The notes beneath the pieces were generated by a model. It had not been told where the DNA came from. It worked only from the letters and a program-made list of their open reading frames with translations, and ran no database searches. From Octopus vulgaris (taxonomy: Eukaryota), in NCBI GenBank assembly GCA_951406725.2, contig OX597828.1:57040001-57104000 (forward strand): a stretch of 64,000 nt of DNA, read 5' to 3'. Below, piece by piece: positions 26,021 to 39,397 of the stretch. Position numbers and translations under genes: made by a program. Numbering within the stretch: the stretch's first letter is position 1; each line of letters begins with the position of its first letter.

Positions 26021-27029
26021 ATACATATGTATGTATGTACGTATGTATGTATGTATGTATGTATGTATGTATGTATGTATGTATGTATGTATGTATGTAT
26101 GTATGCATGTATGTATGTTTTCTAAAGCACTCCTGTCGTCAAAAATATGTACATACATTTTTATATCGAAAATAAGCAAAAGGACACGGGAAAAGAAATA
26201 TTGAAATGAACTTTATTCTTTAATTTATTCGCTCAGTCGTTTGATATCATCACAAGTTATATCACCTATATATCAGGGTTTATGCTGTGTGAGGTTGAGG
26301 TTTGAATTTCCCTCATCATTTAGACTATTTTAACTTCGTTTTTTCTCGCTTGTAAACATTTGATGCAAATAATATAAATTTTACTTCTAATGAATTGTTC
26401 TACTCTAACCATAGTAAAACCTCTCACCGTTTTATATGCTTCTAATTTTCTTCATCCAATTCGATTCTATATATTGTTATATAGTCCTTCAAAACAGCTG
26501 TGGTATTGTGAGGATGTCAATTACTCACTCTATCTAAAAATGGTGACAGTTGTTGTTACATAAACGTAAACATTGTCAGACATCTTTTTATGAATTCCGT
26601 GGCCTTTCTGAAAAATAGTGAAAATTGTTCGAAACTCGGTTGGAGTTCCACTGTGTACTTCAAACATGCTAGGTTTAATAAATGTGTCCAGCAACTCAAC
26701 ATAACCAGCAGCATAAATCTAAGTCCTTGTGGGAAGAAGCAACGTCTTATGACAGGTTCGTCGTTGTTCTGCTCTCTCAGAAGAGGCAAACATTCATATT
26801 TCCTGGAAAAGGGCGGTGCATAAATCTGTGGGTATCAGAAATGATCTTCACATAAGCATTTGTCATTTCCTTTAGACTTTTGAGTTTCATGGAAGTTTTA
26901 CCACACCAAAGTAATAATGCTAGCCAAATTCAAGAGGGTTAATTGGCAGATAGGCACGGATCAAATGATTTTGAGTCTATTTTACACATATAAATAGGTC
27001 TCTCAATATATACCTACATCTAATACCCC

Positions 27030-27370
27030 CTTACTTACTTACTTACTAGTACTTGTGGCGACATTTACCCTGGTCGGTTTGAGTCGGCTTCTTCCTTGGA
27101 AGAAATTTCTTGGGAATATGTGGATTTCACAAGCGGTCCCCAACAATCCCGCATGTAGAGACATCCTGTTTGCCGCAGATTGTCAGCAGACGCAGGGACA
27201 GAACGACCGAGTAGCCGCCGTTTGCCGAAACCGACACTCCGAGGATTTTCACCAGAGCGCCGTCTGCCGTGTTGTGGCCCTAATACCACTCGGTGTCAGA
27301 CCAATCCACCTTGGGTGGCCCTACCAGGAACCGAAGTTCCCGTCGGCATAGTTCTGACACTGACCGTTGC
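27030..27370 (-). mobile_element. Short GC-rich retroelement, probably RTE-derived non-autonomous, with (GTAA)n tail
   Basis: Minus strand AGAACTATGCCGACGGGAAC..GTTCCTGGTAGGGCCACCCA resembles RTE 5'-UTRs and ends in (GTAA)4. Confidence 0.4.
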
Positions 27371-27849
27371 CAGCGTGTGAGGAGAGGATGTCCTAATAAC
27401 CCACCACTCATACACCTGAAGTACTTTGAAGATAGACCTCACTTATTTGCTATGATCATCATCGATAATATTTTGAAGCCCTTGAACGAATCAGAGTGTC
27501 CTTATTGAGTCTGAATATTCAGAATGTTTTGTTCTTTTCAATAGAGTTGAATAACTCCCCCCAGAGACTTTCAATTCAATCTAAAATTTGTGTATAAAAG
27601 ATCTTGCAAAATTTAAAAAGTTAACAAATTTTAAATCACCGGCCCCGTTTATTTGACAACAATGACTGCATGTCTATTAATTTCTTGTAGTTGCATTTAT
27701 CGCCATGGAGATTATTAAACTGATAATTATGAAATGGTACCCAAAAGAAAATAGAATTTCACAATATTATTTTATTCATTTAGATTTACATGTTTACACT
27801 TTTACATGTTTACAATTTTATTGCAATTTGAATTATTCTACATTTCAAA

Positions 27850-28530
27850 CAATGTCGACATCCAGGCGCGTTTCCTCTATTCGAAGCAATGCTGAAACTC
27901 TTGCGAAGTTTTTTTCTCTCACCTCTTCCACATCGGCAAATTCCTTAGCATCAGCTTTTGTCACCATTGTTGAACTTCGAGGAAAGGTCTTGGCCAGCTT
28001 CTAACTTTTCTTTCAGTTCACGACTCCCATTCAGTCGTGACTGGTTTTGATCTTCTGTGAGTAAGTGAGGTACAAATTTTGCTGCAACTCTTTTCATTCG
28101 CAATTTCTCGATCAAATTTTGTGTGCAAGAGCTCCTGGACACAAGAGTCATATCACAAATTTCGTCAATAATTTGGTAACGGTCCTCCAAGACCAGTTCA
28201 TGAATCTTCATGAAGTTTTCATTCGTTTAGGAGGTGCCCGGTCCTCTTGAGCGCGGTTGGTTATGAGTGACCATACTTAAAGCGTGGTAACCACTGGTAA
28301 AAATGTTTCGCTCATGGCAGCGCGCTTGCAAGCTGTTTGAAGTATGAAAACTGTTTCAGCCGCCGTTTTCCCCAGCAGGAAACAGAATTTTATGGAAGCA
28401 CGTTGTTCGTTCGTTTCAGCTATCGGAAAAATCGACGAACAGGGGAGAGGGACTGCAAAACAAAGATGCTCCACGTAGCAGTAGGAATATATCAGACGAC
28501 GCCAGTCGGCAGACTAATGCGTTAGGTTTG
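27850..28530 (-). mobile_element. mariner (Mos1-like) transposase pseudogene, internally deleted
   Basis: EQRASIKFCFLLGKTAAETV (HTH), ..ELVLEDR...EI, LRMKRVAAKFVPHLLT (WVPHEL-like), GDKS; frameshifted. Confidence 0.9.
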
Positions 28531-30036
28531 TAGCTGTTGATAGAAATTGCAGCTGTTCCATTTTATTTTGATTTTTTCTCTTTTAGCACGAAGTCATTTC
28601 TTTTAAAGGAAATCAAGAAGTCGATACCATCGACATTTGTATTTACCTCCTACTCATTTGGTCTATAACGAAATTGTACGAGCGAATAATTGAAATAAGC
28701 AAAGTTTGAACCAAGAAGAGAGATGTATTGATTTAATACAGGTAACTACAATTAAACAAAAGTTGCTAACCATTTTAAGTTTATTCTCTCATTTAAATGC
28801 ATTTTATATCTATAAAAATTATCTAAATACACGGAACATCCATTACAGATTATTACAGCATGTGGATACTTTCCCATAGTTTTTTTTTATCTCCTGGTTC
28901 ACAATTCTTCCAACTATTGATACTGATGTTACGTGATTTTATTTTCTGATTCAACATTAGTTCTCAATTCACACATATCGCTAAGAGATGTTATTTTTGC
29001 TATTTAATACCATACTCTGTGGTGATTTTACATCTTGTATTAGTAAAGAACAACTGAGATAAAAAAATAATACATGTGATTCTGTGGGCTAGGGTTAAAA
29101 TGATCTAATTCTGTTAGCTTGAAGGTAAATGTAAACTTGTGTAATCGCGTAGTACATTAAATAGAGAAGTTTCATTCTGATGACACCATTACTACTATAC
29201 ATTTGTGTTTATGTATATAGGCTGTCGGTTTTATTGTGATTGTAGGTGTGATGACTTTATTAACCTGCGTGTGTAGGCGATGATTATATATACATATTTC
29301 CCGCGAAAATTTTTCATTTCTCTTTTATTGTTCCCTCCGCACACTGGATATTTTGCATTCATTTTCAGATTTCATGAACCGCTATTGAATTGGATTAAAC
29401 AAACACGATAACATATGAAATATTCATAACTAAGTCAGTTATGTATTCAGTGAAAAATATATTTTAATGTATAAGTGCTTATTGAACAAACAATAATATA
29501 CAATACGCAAAGAGAGAGGAACTGCTAAGCTTCATCACATATATTTCTTAATGTATTGCTATAACGAAATAAAGCAATATACTGCGACAGACAGAAATGG
29601 TATGCCGCTATTGCTCATTTATATATACTTGAACTGCTGTGGCCATTTTCCAGGAATGAGTGAAATATTGTAAACACTGTAATACTTTTTCTCCAAATTA
29701 TGAATTATTATAGAACCTCGAAGACTGATAGTATCACTTAAACTACAATGTGTCCGTATGGTTAAGCGCCGCATCAGGGTCAACTCTCTTCTATTGTAGC
29801 CGCGAGCGTTGTGAATGAATTTGGCAGATGGAAACTGTGCAGAAGCCCAATGTATAACTATATATGTATAGGGATGTTTGTGTGTCTTTTTTCTTTGTTC
29901 TTCACCTCTTGGCTATCAGAGGTAGTTTGCGTATGCCAAAGCAGTATTGCAACTTTGCTTTAAAAAAACTAGATACTGTAGTTGATTTGTTAAGGTAGAT
30001 CATTCAATGTGAAACAAGGAGTGAAACAAGTAATAT

Positions 30037-31860
30037 GAGTATTAAAATTCAAAATTGTTTTAATGTTTTTTGCTTCCTATAATTTCCAACTTTTTCATAA
30101 AAGGAGTCATTTTCTAGTATGGACAATGCTAGGAATTTATAGTATTATGTGGCCATCACTACCACAGCACTACCTTTTTCTGCTTCTTTGATTATCAGGT
30201 CTTTGTCGCTTTTTAGCTGTAGTAGGTATTTTCATTGTATGGTGTTCAGGTTAGGTACAATTTTTAGTTCATAGATAGTGAGAGGAAAATTCTGGATACG
30301 GTTCTAGAAGTTGCCTAGTGTTTTATTCCTTCCTTTGAGTGGTAGATAATTACTTTTGTCTCTCATTAGTGATTCATCATCGTTGTTGTAGTTGGTTAGT
30401 GCTTCTAACAATCGAAGTTTTCTACAGGATTCTGCAATGTTATCTTTAATTTCATTGGTGTTGGGTCTACGTGGAGTAGGTGTAAATTTTAAACCTGTAG
30501 CTAAAATACGGAGTTTTGTTGTGGTGAGAGATTTCTTAGATAAATTAACCATTTTGGGTTACTCTTGTAAGATATATTCCAACGCGTGTCCCTGTGTCTC
30601 TCTATTCTGTCTAAAAAACGCTGTGTGTTGTAATTAGGCTAGAAAGTTTTAGCGGTGTCAGGATTGCTATTGTGGGAGAATTGTTGTGTAGGTAAGTTTG
30701 TTGGGATTATGTGGTGCGGGTGTTTATGTTGAAATGAGTTGTAGGGGTGTTCTAACCAGAATGAGTTGTATGGGTGTTGTAATTAAGTTGGAGGGACTTC
30801 TCAGTGTTAGGGTTGCTATTAATGGCGGAATCTTATTGTAAGTGTGGTGGTGGTTGACATCCCAGTGGGGTAGATTTATGTGTCTGTGTTGGATGTTTGA
30901 TCTGCGTGTATGATTATTGGTTTCTGTGAATGAATCTGTTTTGGATTTTTTTTTAAATGGGCTTGTCTGAGTTGTAGTTCCATTCACAGTCGTCTTTCCA
31001 TAGTATAACAACATTTTGTAGAAGTTGTTCATTGGCATGTATCGTGAATTCCGTGTTCATCTCGTCATCGATTGTTTTATTCTTTTGTTCATGATTCTCA
31101 TCTCTGTGTTTAAGTAGTTCAGTTTCTGTTCTAGTAGTGCTAGTTTCTCTCTGAGGATTCGTTGTTGATCTGGTACATCTGGGGTGGATTTGATTTGGGG
31201 TTTGCGTGGCAAGCTTGACGGTGTGGAGTTGATCCATTTTTCATATATTTGTGCCTTATCGTTATTTTTTACCAATTTCCCGAATGAGAGTTTTCTGGTG
31301 TTGCGTTTTTGGGCCAAAGCGGTTTTTAAGTAGGCCTGCTGAAATTGGTGTGTTTTCATTCGGAGTGGGTGATTTTGTAGTGAATCTGTTATGGGATTCT
31401 TTGTGGAAAAGTTAGTAAACAAATTATTTAATATAGTGCATAACTCACGTTTTACTTGCCCTTCCCTGTAGAATTGTTTCTTTGAAATTTTTCTAAGTCT
31501 TCAAGTTTTTGGTGGTATAGTCCATTGATTTTGTTGGTTAAAGTGACTATATGATGTGAAGGGTTTCTCCTTGTCTGGGTGAGGAAGTAGTAGTACTGAA
31601 AGTTGAATTCTTATGCTGAGGAGTAGGTAGGATCCCCTGCATGTTTCTAGTTGTTTTTGGAAAGAATTGAAATAATTGTCATTATTATTATTTTTCTAGT
31701 CTTGGGGTGTTTCTTACTGGTATTTCCTATTAATGGAGATTCGTATTGTAAGGCTAGTAGTGGTTAACTTCCCAGAGGTGGTGTAGTTTTGTGTGTCTCT
31801 ATTGGAAGTTTGATCTGTATGTACTATTATTGGTTTCTGTTGATGTATTTGTTTTGGATT
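30037..31860 (-). mobile_element. Penelope-like retroelement remnant (N-terminal region and RT start)
   Basis: VNLSKKSLT...ILATGLKFTPTP...RKLRL and LKSDKDLIIKEAEKGSAVVVM motifs; stops and frameshifts. Confidence 0.8.
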
Positions 31861-31864
31861 TTTC

Positions 31865-32680
31865 CGTATCCAGAATTTTCCTCTCACTATCTATAAACCA
31901 ACAATTGTACCTAACTTCAACAACATACAATGGAAGCACCTACTACAACTAAAAAGCGACAAAGACCTGACAATCAAAGATGCAGACAAAGGTAGTGCTG
32001 TAGTAGCGATGGACGCAGAATACTATAAAAACCTAGCATTGTCCATACTAGAGAATGACTTATTTTATAAAACAAGTTTTCAATTTATAGGCAGCAAAAA
32101 ACATTACAAAGCCTTGCAACTTTAATACTCCGAGATGGAAAAGGCCTGACAGGAAAAAAAAGAGTACATCACAAACCTCAAATGCAAATGACACCTTTTC
32201 TATGGCTTCCCCAAAATCCACAAGAGTCAAATAATTACTAATGCCTGAAAATCAAATCCAGGTCTATACATAAATATCCCAATATCAGAAGACTTAAAAT
32301 TAAGGCCTATTATTGCTGGCCCAGCCTGTGAAACACACTGCGTAAGCAGCTTTCTGGACATACTATTAAAACCTTTCCTCAAATACATTAAATGTTTCAT
32401 TAGAGACGACATGGTCATGCTAGAGCAACTACCAAAAACTACCAACGAAGAAACTCTATTAGTCTCCTTCGATGTCATCAACCTCTACACTAACATTCCA
32501 TATGAATACGGAATAGGGGCGATCAAATTCTGGTTAGAAAAATACTCCGAGGTTCTCCCGGACCGCATAAACCAGACTTTTGTCATCGAATCCCTATGGT
32601 CATCCTACAAAACAATTACTTCCTATTCGATACAATATACTACCTCCAAAACTGCGGTATTGTGATGGGAACAAAAGACC
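31865..32680 (+). mobile_element. Penelope-like reverse transcriptase remnant
   Basis: LKSDKDLTIKDADKGSAVV, FYGFPKIHK, LRPIIAGPACETH, LVSFDVINLYTNIP, LQNNYFLFD...YLQNCGIVMGTK. Confidence 0.9.
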
Positions 32681-33353
32681 CGGAAATGATGAGCATTCTA
32701 AATACGCACAACGTACTAAAATGCGAATGGCAAGACAAATCACTCAACAGGCTTACATACAACGGAAAGTCCATTTGTTTTAGACGTACGATCGACCTTG
32801 GTGTATAAACATATGCTGGTTTGTATGCGTGTGCAAGCGACCACAGGTATATATACATATGTTGATACTTCAGTTGTGAAGTATGTGAACCTGTACATAC
32901 ATGGGTGTGCGAATGTTTACGTTAACTCTAACGCACTCAAGCGATCAACAATACCAGCTCCAACAAAGAATTTGTTTCACCTAACTACGTAAGCTAAATT
33001 TCTACGTTATTTCGAACGAATCTTTTGCATTTTACAAAAATGCAGACGTCTAAATAATATATTTATTATTCATTATGATAAAATAAGTTATTTTCTTGCT
33101 TTTGTGTTACGAAACAAATTTTGCGTGAAGTTTGTTAGGAAGAAAGAAAAGAAGAGGAGAAAGAAAGGGGGACGATAATATTAAATAGTTAATGTCTTTA
33201 AGGGGGAAAATGGTTGATAAAAATAATTACCTGGTTCATTAAAAATTTAAGATCCAGTTCACTGGGTGAATCTTTACTGTTTACTTATTTTTATGTAGCT
33301 TTGACTTTAATGCCCCAGTGAAACAGATACATACCACAGGGCTTATTCAAAGG

Positions 33354-33422
<69 letters not shown>

Positions 33423-34334
33423 TGCATGTATATATGTATACACACACACATGGGAAGACAAAGAGAAAAAGAGAGAAAGAGAGAGAATCAGACAGACAGA
33501 GTGATACATATATTAACTGTGCAGTTGAAAATAGGTATAAATTAATGTCTCCTTTCTATTTTAGTGAGACATTTTTCTCCATACTATGTGAATTTATCTA
33601 ATGCGATGTTAAATATCTGAAACTTAGTGAACCACATTTCAATTCTTTCATCTTCATTTCTATTATGCCATTATTTAACGTTATCTTTCCAGGTCATATG
33701 AATATAATTTACGTTTTATCCAAGGTCACACTAATTGCTACAACACTTATACGATGTCGAAATCCATAGCATGATACATAATACATGTTATACGAACATA
33801 TTTACGTGTAAAATTTCATTATCTTTACTGACAAGCTTTGCTGTCATAATTTATAAATAAGCTAAAAATATGAAGAGTCTTCTTTTTGGTTCGGTGTTCA
33901 AGGAAATATCACAAATTTTAATATCATCGTCATTTCCATCAAAAATAAAACAACTTTTAATTTCATTTTTACTTATTGCTGTGTAACTTATATTGAATTC
34001 TTTATCTGTTATTTGAAGATGTTGAATGTGGAAATTTTGCTTCAGTGCTCCTAGCAAATTGAAGAAAAAAATTATTGATAAGATACAATAATAATTAAAA
34101 GGCTTCACAGAATATTTCTCTATGTAGTTTTTGCCTTAAAATAGAAGACTTCTTCGTTATGTATAAAAGGATATTTCATCGATTTTTTCGTTATTTTATA
34201 TATATATATATATATTGATGATCTGTATGGTTTCTGAGTAAGCGATCAATATTCACTCACATATATACAGACCTCTTTCATCTGATCTACCATTTATTTC
34301 ATTATATGGTTACGTCACTTTCTCTCTCTCTGTC

Positions 34335-34395
<61 letters not shown>

Positions 34396-34494
34396 TTTTC
34401 TATACTCACTTCCTCTCTTCTCCTTTGTCACGCTTCCTTTTGCTCCTTTCAGAGACTGTAGCACATGTGTTTTACATCATAACTTTACAATTAG

Positions 34495-34912
34495 CTGGGG
34501 TAGTGACATGGCAGAGTCGGCAGAAGTCTGGGTAAAGTACTTTGCGACATCCGGTACGTTTGTACGTTCCGAGTTCAACTTTCCCCGCCGCGATCAATTT
34601 TGCTTTTCCACCTTTTGCGATTGATAAAATGAATACCAGTGGAGTACTGCGGTTGATTCATGGACTTCACATTCCTCTCAAAAAACTGACTGTCCCGTGC
34701 AGAAATTGAAAATATTGCGGCGGGCCGGTAGAATCGTTAGCACGCCTGACAAAATGCGTAATGTTATTTCTGAGTTCAAATTTCGCCTAGTCCAAATATG
34801 CCTTTCATTCTTTCCGGACCGATAAAATAAAACTACCATTTCATCACTGGTCCCCATGTAATTGTCTTATCCCCTCCGCAAAACGTGCTAGTTTTGTTCC
34901 AAAATTGGAAAA
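34495..34912 (+). mobile_element. Two head-to-tail decayed octopus-type SINE copies (about 34495-34712 and 34716-34912)
   Basis: Each has GGYAGA.TCG...GAGTTCAA.TT..GCC...TGCYTTYCA..CTTT...GATAAAAT..A.TACCA; same family as 4658-4838. Confidence 0.7.
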
Positions 34913-35806
34913 CAATATTGGAGTTAACTGATAGAGTTTTCAGATGATTTATTTATTAAGAGTTGGTATATTACATTAACTACTCTGAAACATTATGTTA
35001 TTATTACGATAAACACGTTGTTATATCATTTTAGACTCAAGTTCGTTAAGTCATGAATAACGTCATGTTAAGTGATTATTTCAGAAATTATATCCTATGA
35101 AGTAAGTCTTTTAGATTTAATTCATATTTATATAAAAGTTAAAATTACCGCCTGTAAAAGAGAAATCAGCGTTGGGTTTATACAATAGAGTACATTTTCA
35201 GTACTATAGCTCAATAGAGTATGAGTCAAACATTTACATTAGATACACTATATTGTGTCTTTTCTTTTCTACATAGAGAATCATTTCAAGTTATATAAAC
35301 TAGAACAGTATATTAATTATTGTATTAACAACTTTTCCCGGCGTTATTCTTTCGTAACATATATAAATATATGATAACAGAGTATAAACTATACCTTTAT
35401 ATACGCCCTCGGCATGATACACATAGAATCCATATACCCATTAAATCACTCTTTACTATCTTATGAATACGAATACACCCAGCGGAAAAGTATTTAATAA
35501 TATAAAATATTTGGGGACAATGATGCCATAATTATAGCATCACTTCGTTTGAACACAAGACCTATGGATCAGGTATAACCAACAGGTAAACAACTAATCG
35601 TTCGACAGAGACTTAAAGTACTTTTTTATTCTTAAAGAAACTGAGAAACACTCCGACACGTCAAAGGTAAGCCCAGGGGATATATAAGAGCGTGTTTAAA
35701 AGGAGCATAAAGTATATTATAAACATTTTCTATGAAAAGTTTAAAGGTAAGTCTTACGCGGAAAATATTTTCCAAGCGTTTGTTCTATATATATATATAT
35801 ATATGG

Positions 35807-35837
<31 letters not shown>

Positions 35838-36438
35838 CATATATATATATGTGTGTGTGTGTGTATATATATATAGATATATACAAGTATATCCCTTCAA
35901 TAATGATAAGGTGGGGAATACAAATGCCAAACTTGGTTGAAACAATAACGTAATAATGAAAATCCTTTGGTTAATATCTATCAAAGGAAACCAACACAAA
36001 TATACTTTAATGTATAATATTACAAAATAAATAAAAATTAAATTCCAACAAAAAATTTCAACAGAACATTTACCGATATGTAAGCATATATTTCTTCTTT
36101 GCTTGCTCGATTTTTAACCAAAGAAAGGCCTCGAAACTATACAGTCTTACCTTTAATATGTCTCACGTTCTACTTCACATCTTCCTCTCCTTTACGTAGA
36201 CTTTGAGTAGCATCCTACTGTATTTTCTTTTTTACTCCTCCATGCCTGCTGCTTCGTTATTTCTACTTTAATAAGCTTCAACGGAACAACAATTGTCCTA
36301 CTTTGTCTCCTGTAACCAAGGGACATACACATGTGCAGAGAAATATTGATCACATTTACCGAGTAAGATGATTTGCATAAAACAAAATAAGTAGAAGAAA
36401 TACTTCATACAGTTCGGTAGCATGTAGATGAGCTGTTA

Positions 36439-37186
36439 CAGCGTGTCCCAACAGTCACTATGAGTTTCAAGTTTTAGTAACTTCCTTAAACTTAGAAATA
36501 AAAGCATGATATGTTGATACTATATAAAGGACATAATGGAAAGTAATATGCACTAGTCAAATTTGGCAACATCACTACAGTACAAATAAAAAATGACATC
36601 GCTTAAATGGCATCCGTTTTCGGCTTCGCAGGCCGTGCACCTTCCAAAACCTGCACCATAACACCCTCAAGAGTTTCAGATCCCATTTCTCTGATTGCAG
36701 TACCGGGAGATTATTCTCTCGCTAAAGCATTGCCGTAGCATATGCATTGTTTATCTTGCAGTATGGCAGTCGCCCCATCTAGCTGAACCATGTATGAAGT
36801 CTATTTCGAATGGCCTTCATGTCACCCAGTGTTGAATAACCCGGATTTGCCTTGTGGAGATACCTGAAACGGAAGGTTTACATCAACAAAGCGGAGACCC
36901 TGGCGCAACTGAAGAACATCAAAAGAGAAATCAGAGATATGGGGTTTGTAATTTTGTAGGATGTTATGGTGCAAATTTTGGAAGGATCATGGGCATGCGA
37001 AGCTGAAACTGGCTGCCATTTAAGCGATTTCATTTTTCATATGTGATGTGGAGTTGTCGCAAAATTTTCTTGTGCATATGGATTTGCATTATGTACTTTA
37101 TATTGTATCAAAATTTCCTGCATTTATTTGTGAACTTAAGGAAGGTATTAAACAATTAATGGCATCAATGACATTTGGGATATCTG
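36439..37186. mobile_element. Non-autonomous Tc1/mariner-type element with ~225-bp imperfect terminal inverted repeats and TA target duplication
   Basis: TA|CAGCGTGTCCCAA ... TTGGGATATCTG|TA; arms about 36439-36661 and 36962-37186; interior has a frameshifted W.Q.DGATAH-like transposase motif on the minus strand near 36757-36790. Confidence 0.75.
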
Positions 37187-37627
37187 TACAAATCGTGGTA
37201 TTTGAAATAACATGCAGCATAAAATTGTGGTTTATTCAATTTACCACTCCCTCCAGATAATGGGTCACAATTACCATTCGGTACTTTTGAATAGCATAGA
37301 CAATGCTAATATCTTTGATTACATTTTTCATAACTCATAGATATATGCAATATATATAGCAAATGTTTAAATATGTAACAAAGGAAACGGGAGATATATA
37401 TTTAAAACAATTTAATCAACCAAATTATTACAGAAATAGAGATCAATAAATTTATATATATATATATTCAAATAACAAATATAATCAAATTAATATGATG
37501 AATTAAAGTATTCGTAGCTATCTTCTGAAAGTTGTAGCGAAGGAAAATATTTTTTATAAATTTGTGCAATAACATATATATATCCAGCTATCTATATGCA
37601 CACACACACACACATACGCATATATAT

Positions 37628-37718
<91 letters not shown>

Positions 37719-37727
37719 ATATATAAA

Positions 37728-37936
37728 TTTAAACGGAGTCTGGATAGATTCCTTCAAGGAATACCAGATGAGCCACCCATAATTGGATACAACTCACCCA
37801 ACAAAAACTCACTACTTGAATGAACCATAAACGAAACTTGACTTAAACAGGATTCAGATAATCCTATCAGGTGTGCTATTAAGTTAGACATGGCCTGGAA
37901 CAATCTTTGGTCGAAATATATCTAAGTTTTATCTAA

Positions 37937-37941
<5 letters not shown>
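37728..37941 (+). mobile_element. CR1/L2-group LINE 3' end
   Basis: FKRSLDRFLQGIPDEP...NSLLE* C-terminus, short 3'-UTR, tandem tail (ATCTAAGTTTT)2; embedded in TA-rich repeats. Confidence 0.75.
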
Positions 37942-38001
<60 letters not shown>

Positions 38002-38355
38002 CGGAGATGGACTTGCATAACAAGTGTCTTGATCTACGATCATGTGTTGCAACAAAAACAATTGCAGCGTGTAAGGTGTTTATAAGGCATTTAAAAACGG
38101 ACAAAATCTGTTACATTCACTTCAAGATTTTAATTTAATTTGCGACAAAATATCCAAACTGCGACATGTTCACTGACAAAATTATTGTCAGTGAACAGGT
38201 CGCGGTTTGAAAGCGATGAAAAATATTTTGACACGAATAAATCTAAATGCTGAAGTGAATGTAACGGTTCTTTCTGCGTTATTAAATGGCTTATAAACAC
38301 CCTCCACGTTACATATGTACACACACACACACACACACACACACCCATATATATG

Positions 38356-38436
<81 letters not shown>

Positions 38437-39132
38437 GTTTGTGTGTGTAAACATACATACATACATACACATGTATACTACTGTGTGTATGAAAACATAT
38501 CAATAGTTTCATATTTACATATGGTGCAAATTATCAAAGATCCGAAATTAAAGACTGATTTAAGTCCATATTCCAAGGTGCAATGCGTCACTTCTTTTTG
38601 GTTGAATTAAATTTATTTCCTGGACTAAACTACGTGAGATTTGGTTTCTAAATAAGCGAGAATTTGGTTTAAAATACTTGCACTAAACGTAATGCATTAC
38701 CTCGATGTATTCTGGAAATTATCAAATCTCGTTTTGTATCAACGGAATATTCACTGAATATTCCAGTTACGCTCTTAACAAAAGTTAACAAAATCCTCCG
38801 TTCAGTTGCAATTTTATGCGCAAGAACTATATCACAATATTACGAATTTAAGGAGTCTAATGTTATATATGCATATATATACATATGTGTGTGTGTATAT
38901 ATATGCATATGTAGGTATTTATATGCGTATACATGATATTATATATATATATAAATATACATACATATATATATATATATATATATCATATAACACATAT
39001 AAAGATACTTATCATCTGTCTGTCTCTCACTTTCTTTTTCTTTCTCTTTCTCTTTATGAATATATATACATATATATACCTGCAAGCATATTTATCTACG
39101 TGTGTGTGTGTATATATATATAGATATAATAT

Positions 39133-39262
39133 AGCGGTTCGGCATAAGCGACCGATAAAATAAGTACCAGTGATACAAAGAATAAATCCACCGTTTGATT
39201 CCTTCGAGTAAAAGAGCGGTGCTCCAGCATGACCACAGTCAAACAATAAAAGAATAAAAGAA
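39133..39262 (+). mobile_element. Octopus SINE 3' fragment about 135 bp downstream of the 39398 stop codon (antisense to the gene)
   Basis: GCGGTTCGGCA...GACCGATAAAATAAGTAC...GCGGTGCTCCAGCATGACCACAGTC...(AATAAAAG)n tail. Confidence 0.7.
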
Positions 39263-39332
39263 TATATATACATATATATGTGTATATACATGTATTTATA
39301 TATGTATATATATATATGTATATATATTTGTG

Positions 39333-39363
<31 letters not shown>

Positions 39364-39397
39364 ATACACACACACATATGTAAATTTATATGAATAT

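Noticed and set aside
27055-27165. HDV-like ribozyme fold on the plus strand (P3/L3 UCU-UCCUUGGA-AGA, P4-like hairpin)
   Set aside because: P1 has mismatches, the J4/2 catalytic C and the P2 3' strand are missing, and the element appears to be oriented on the minus strand.
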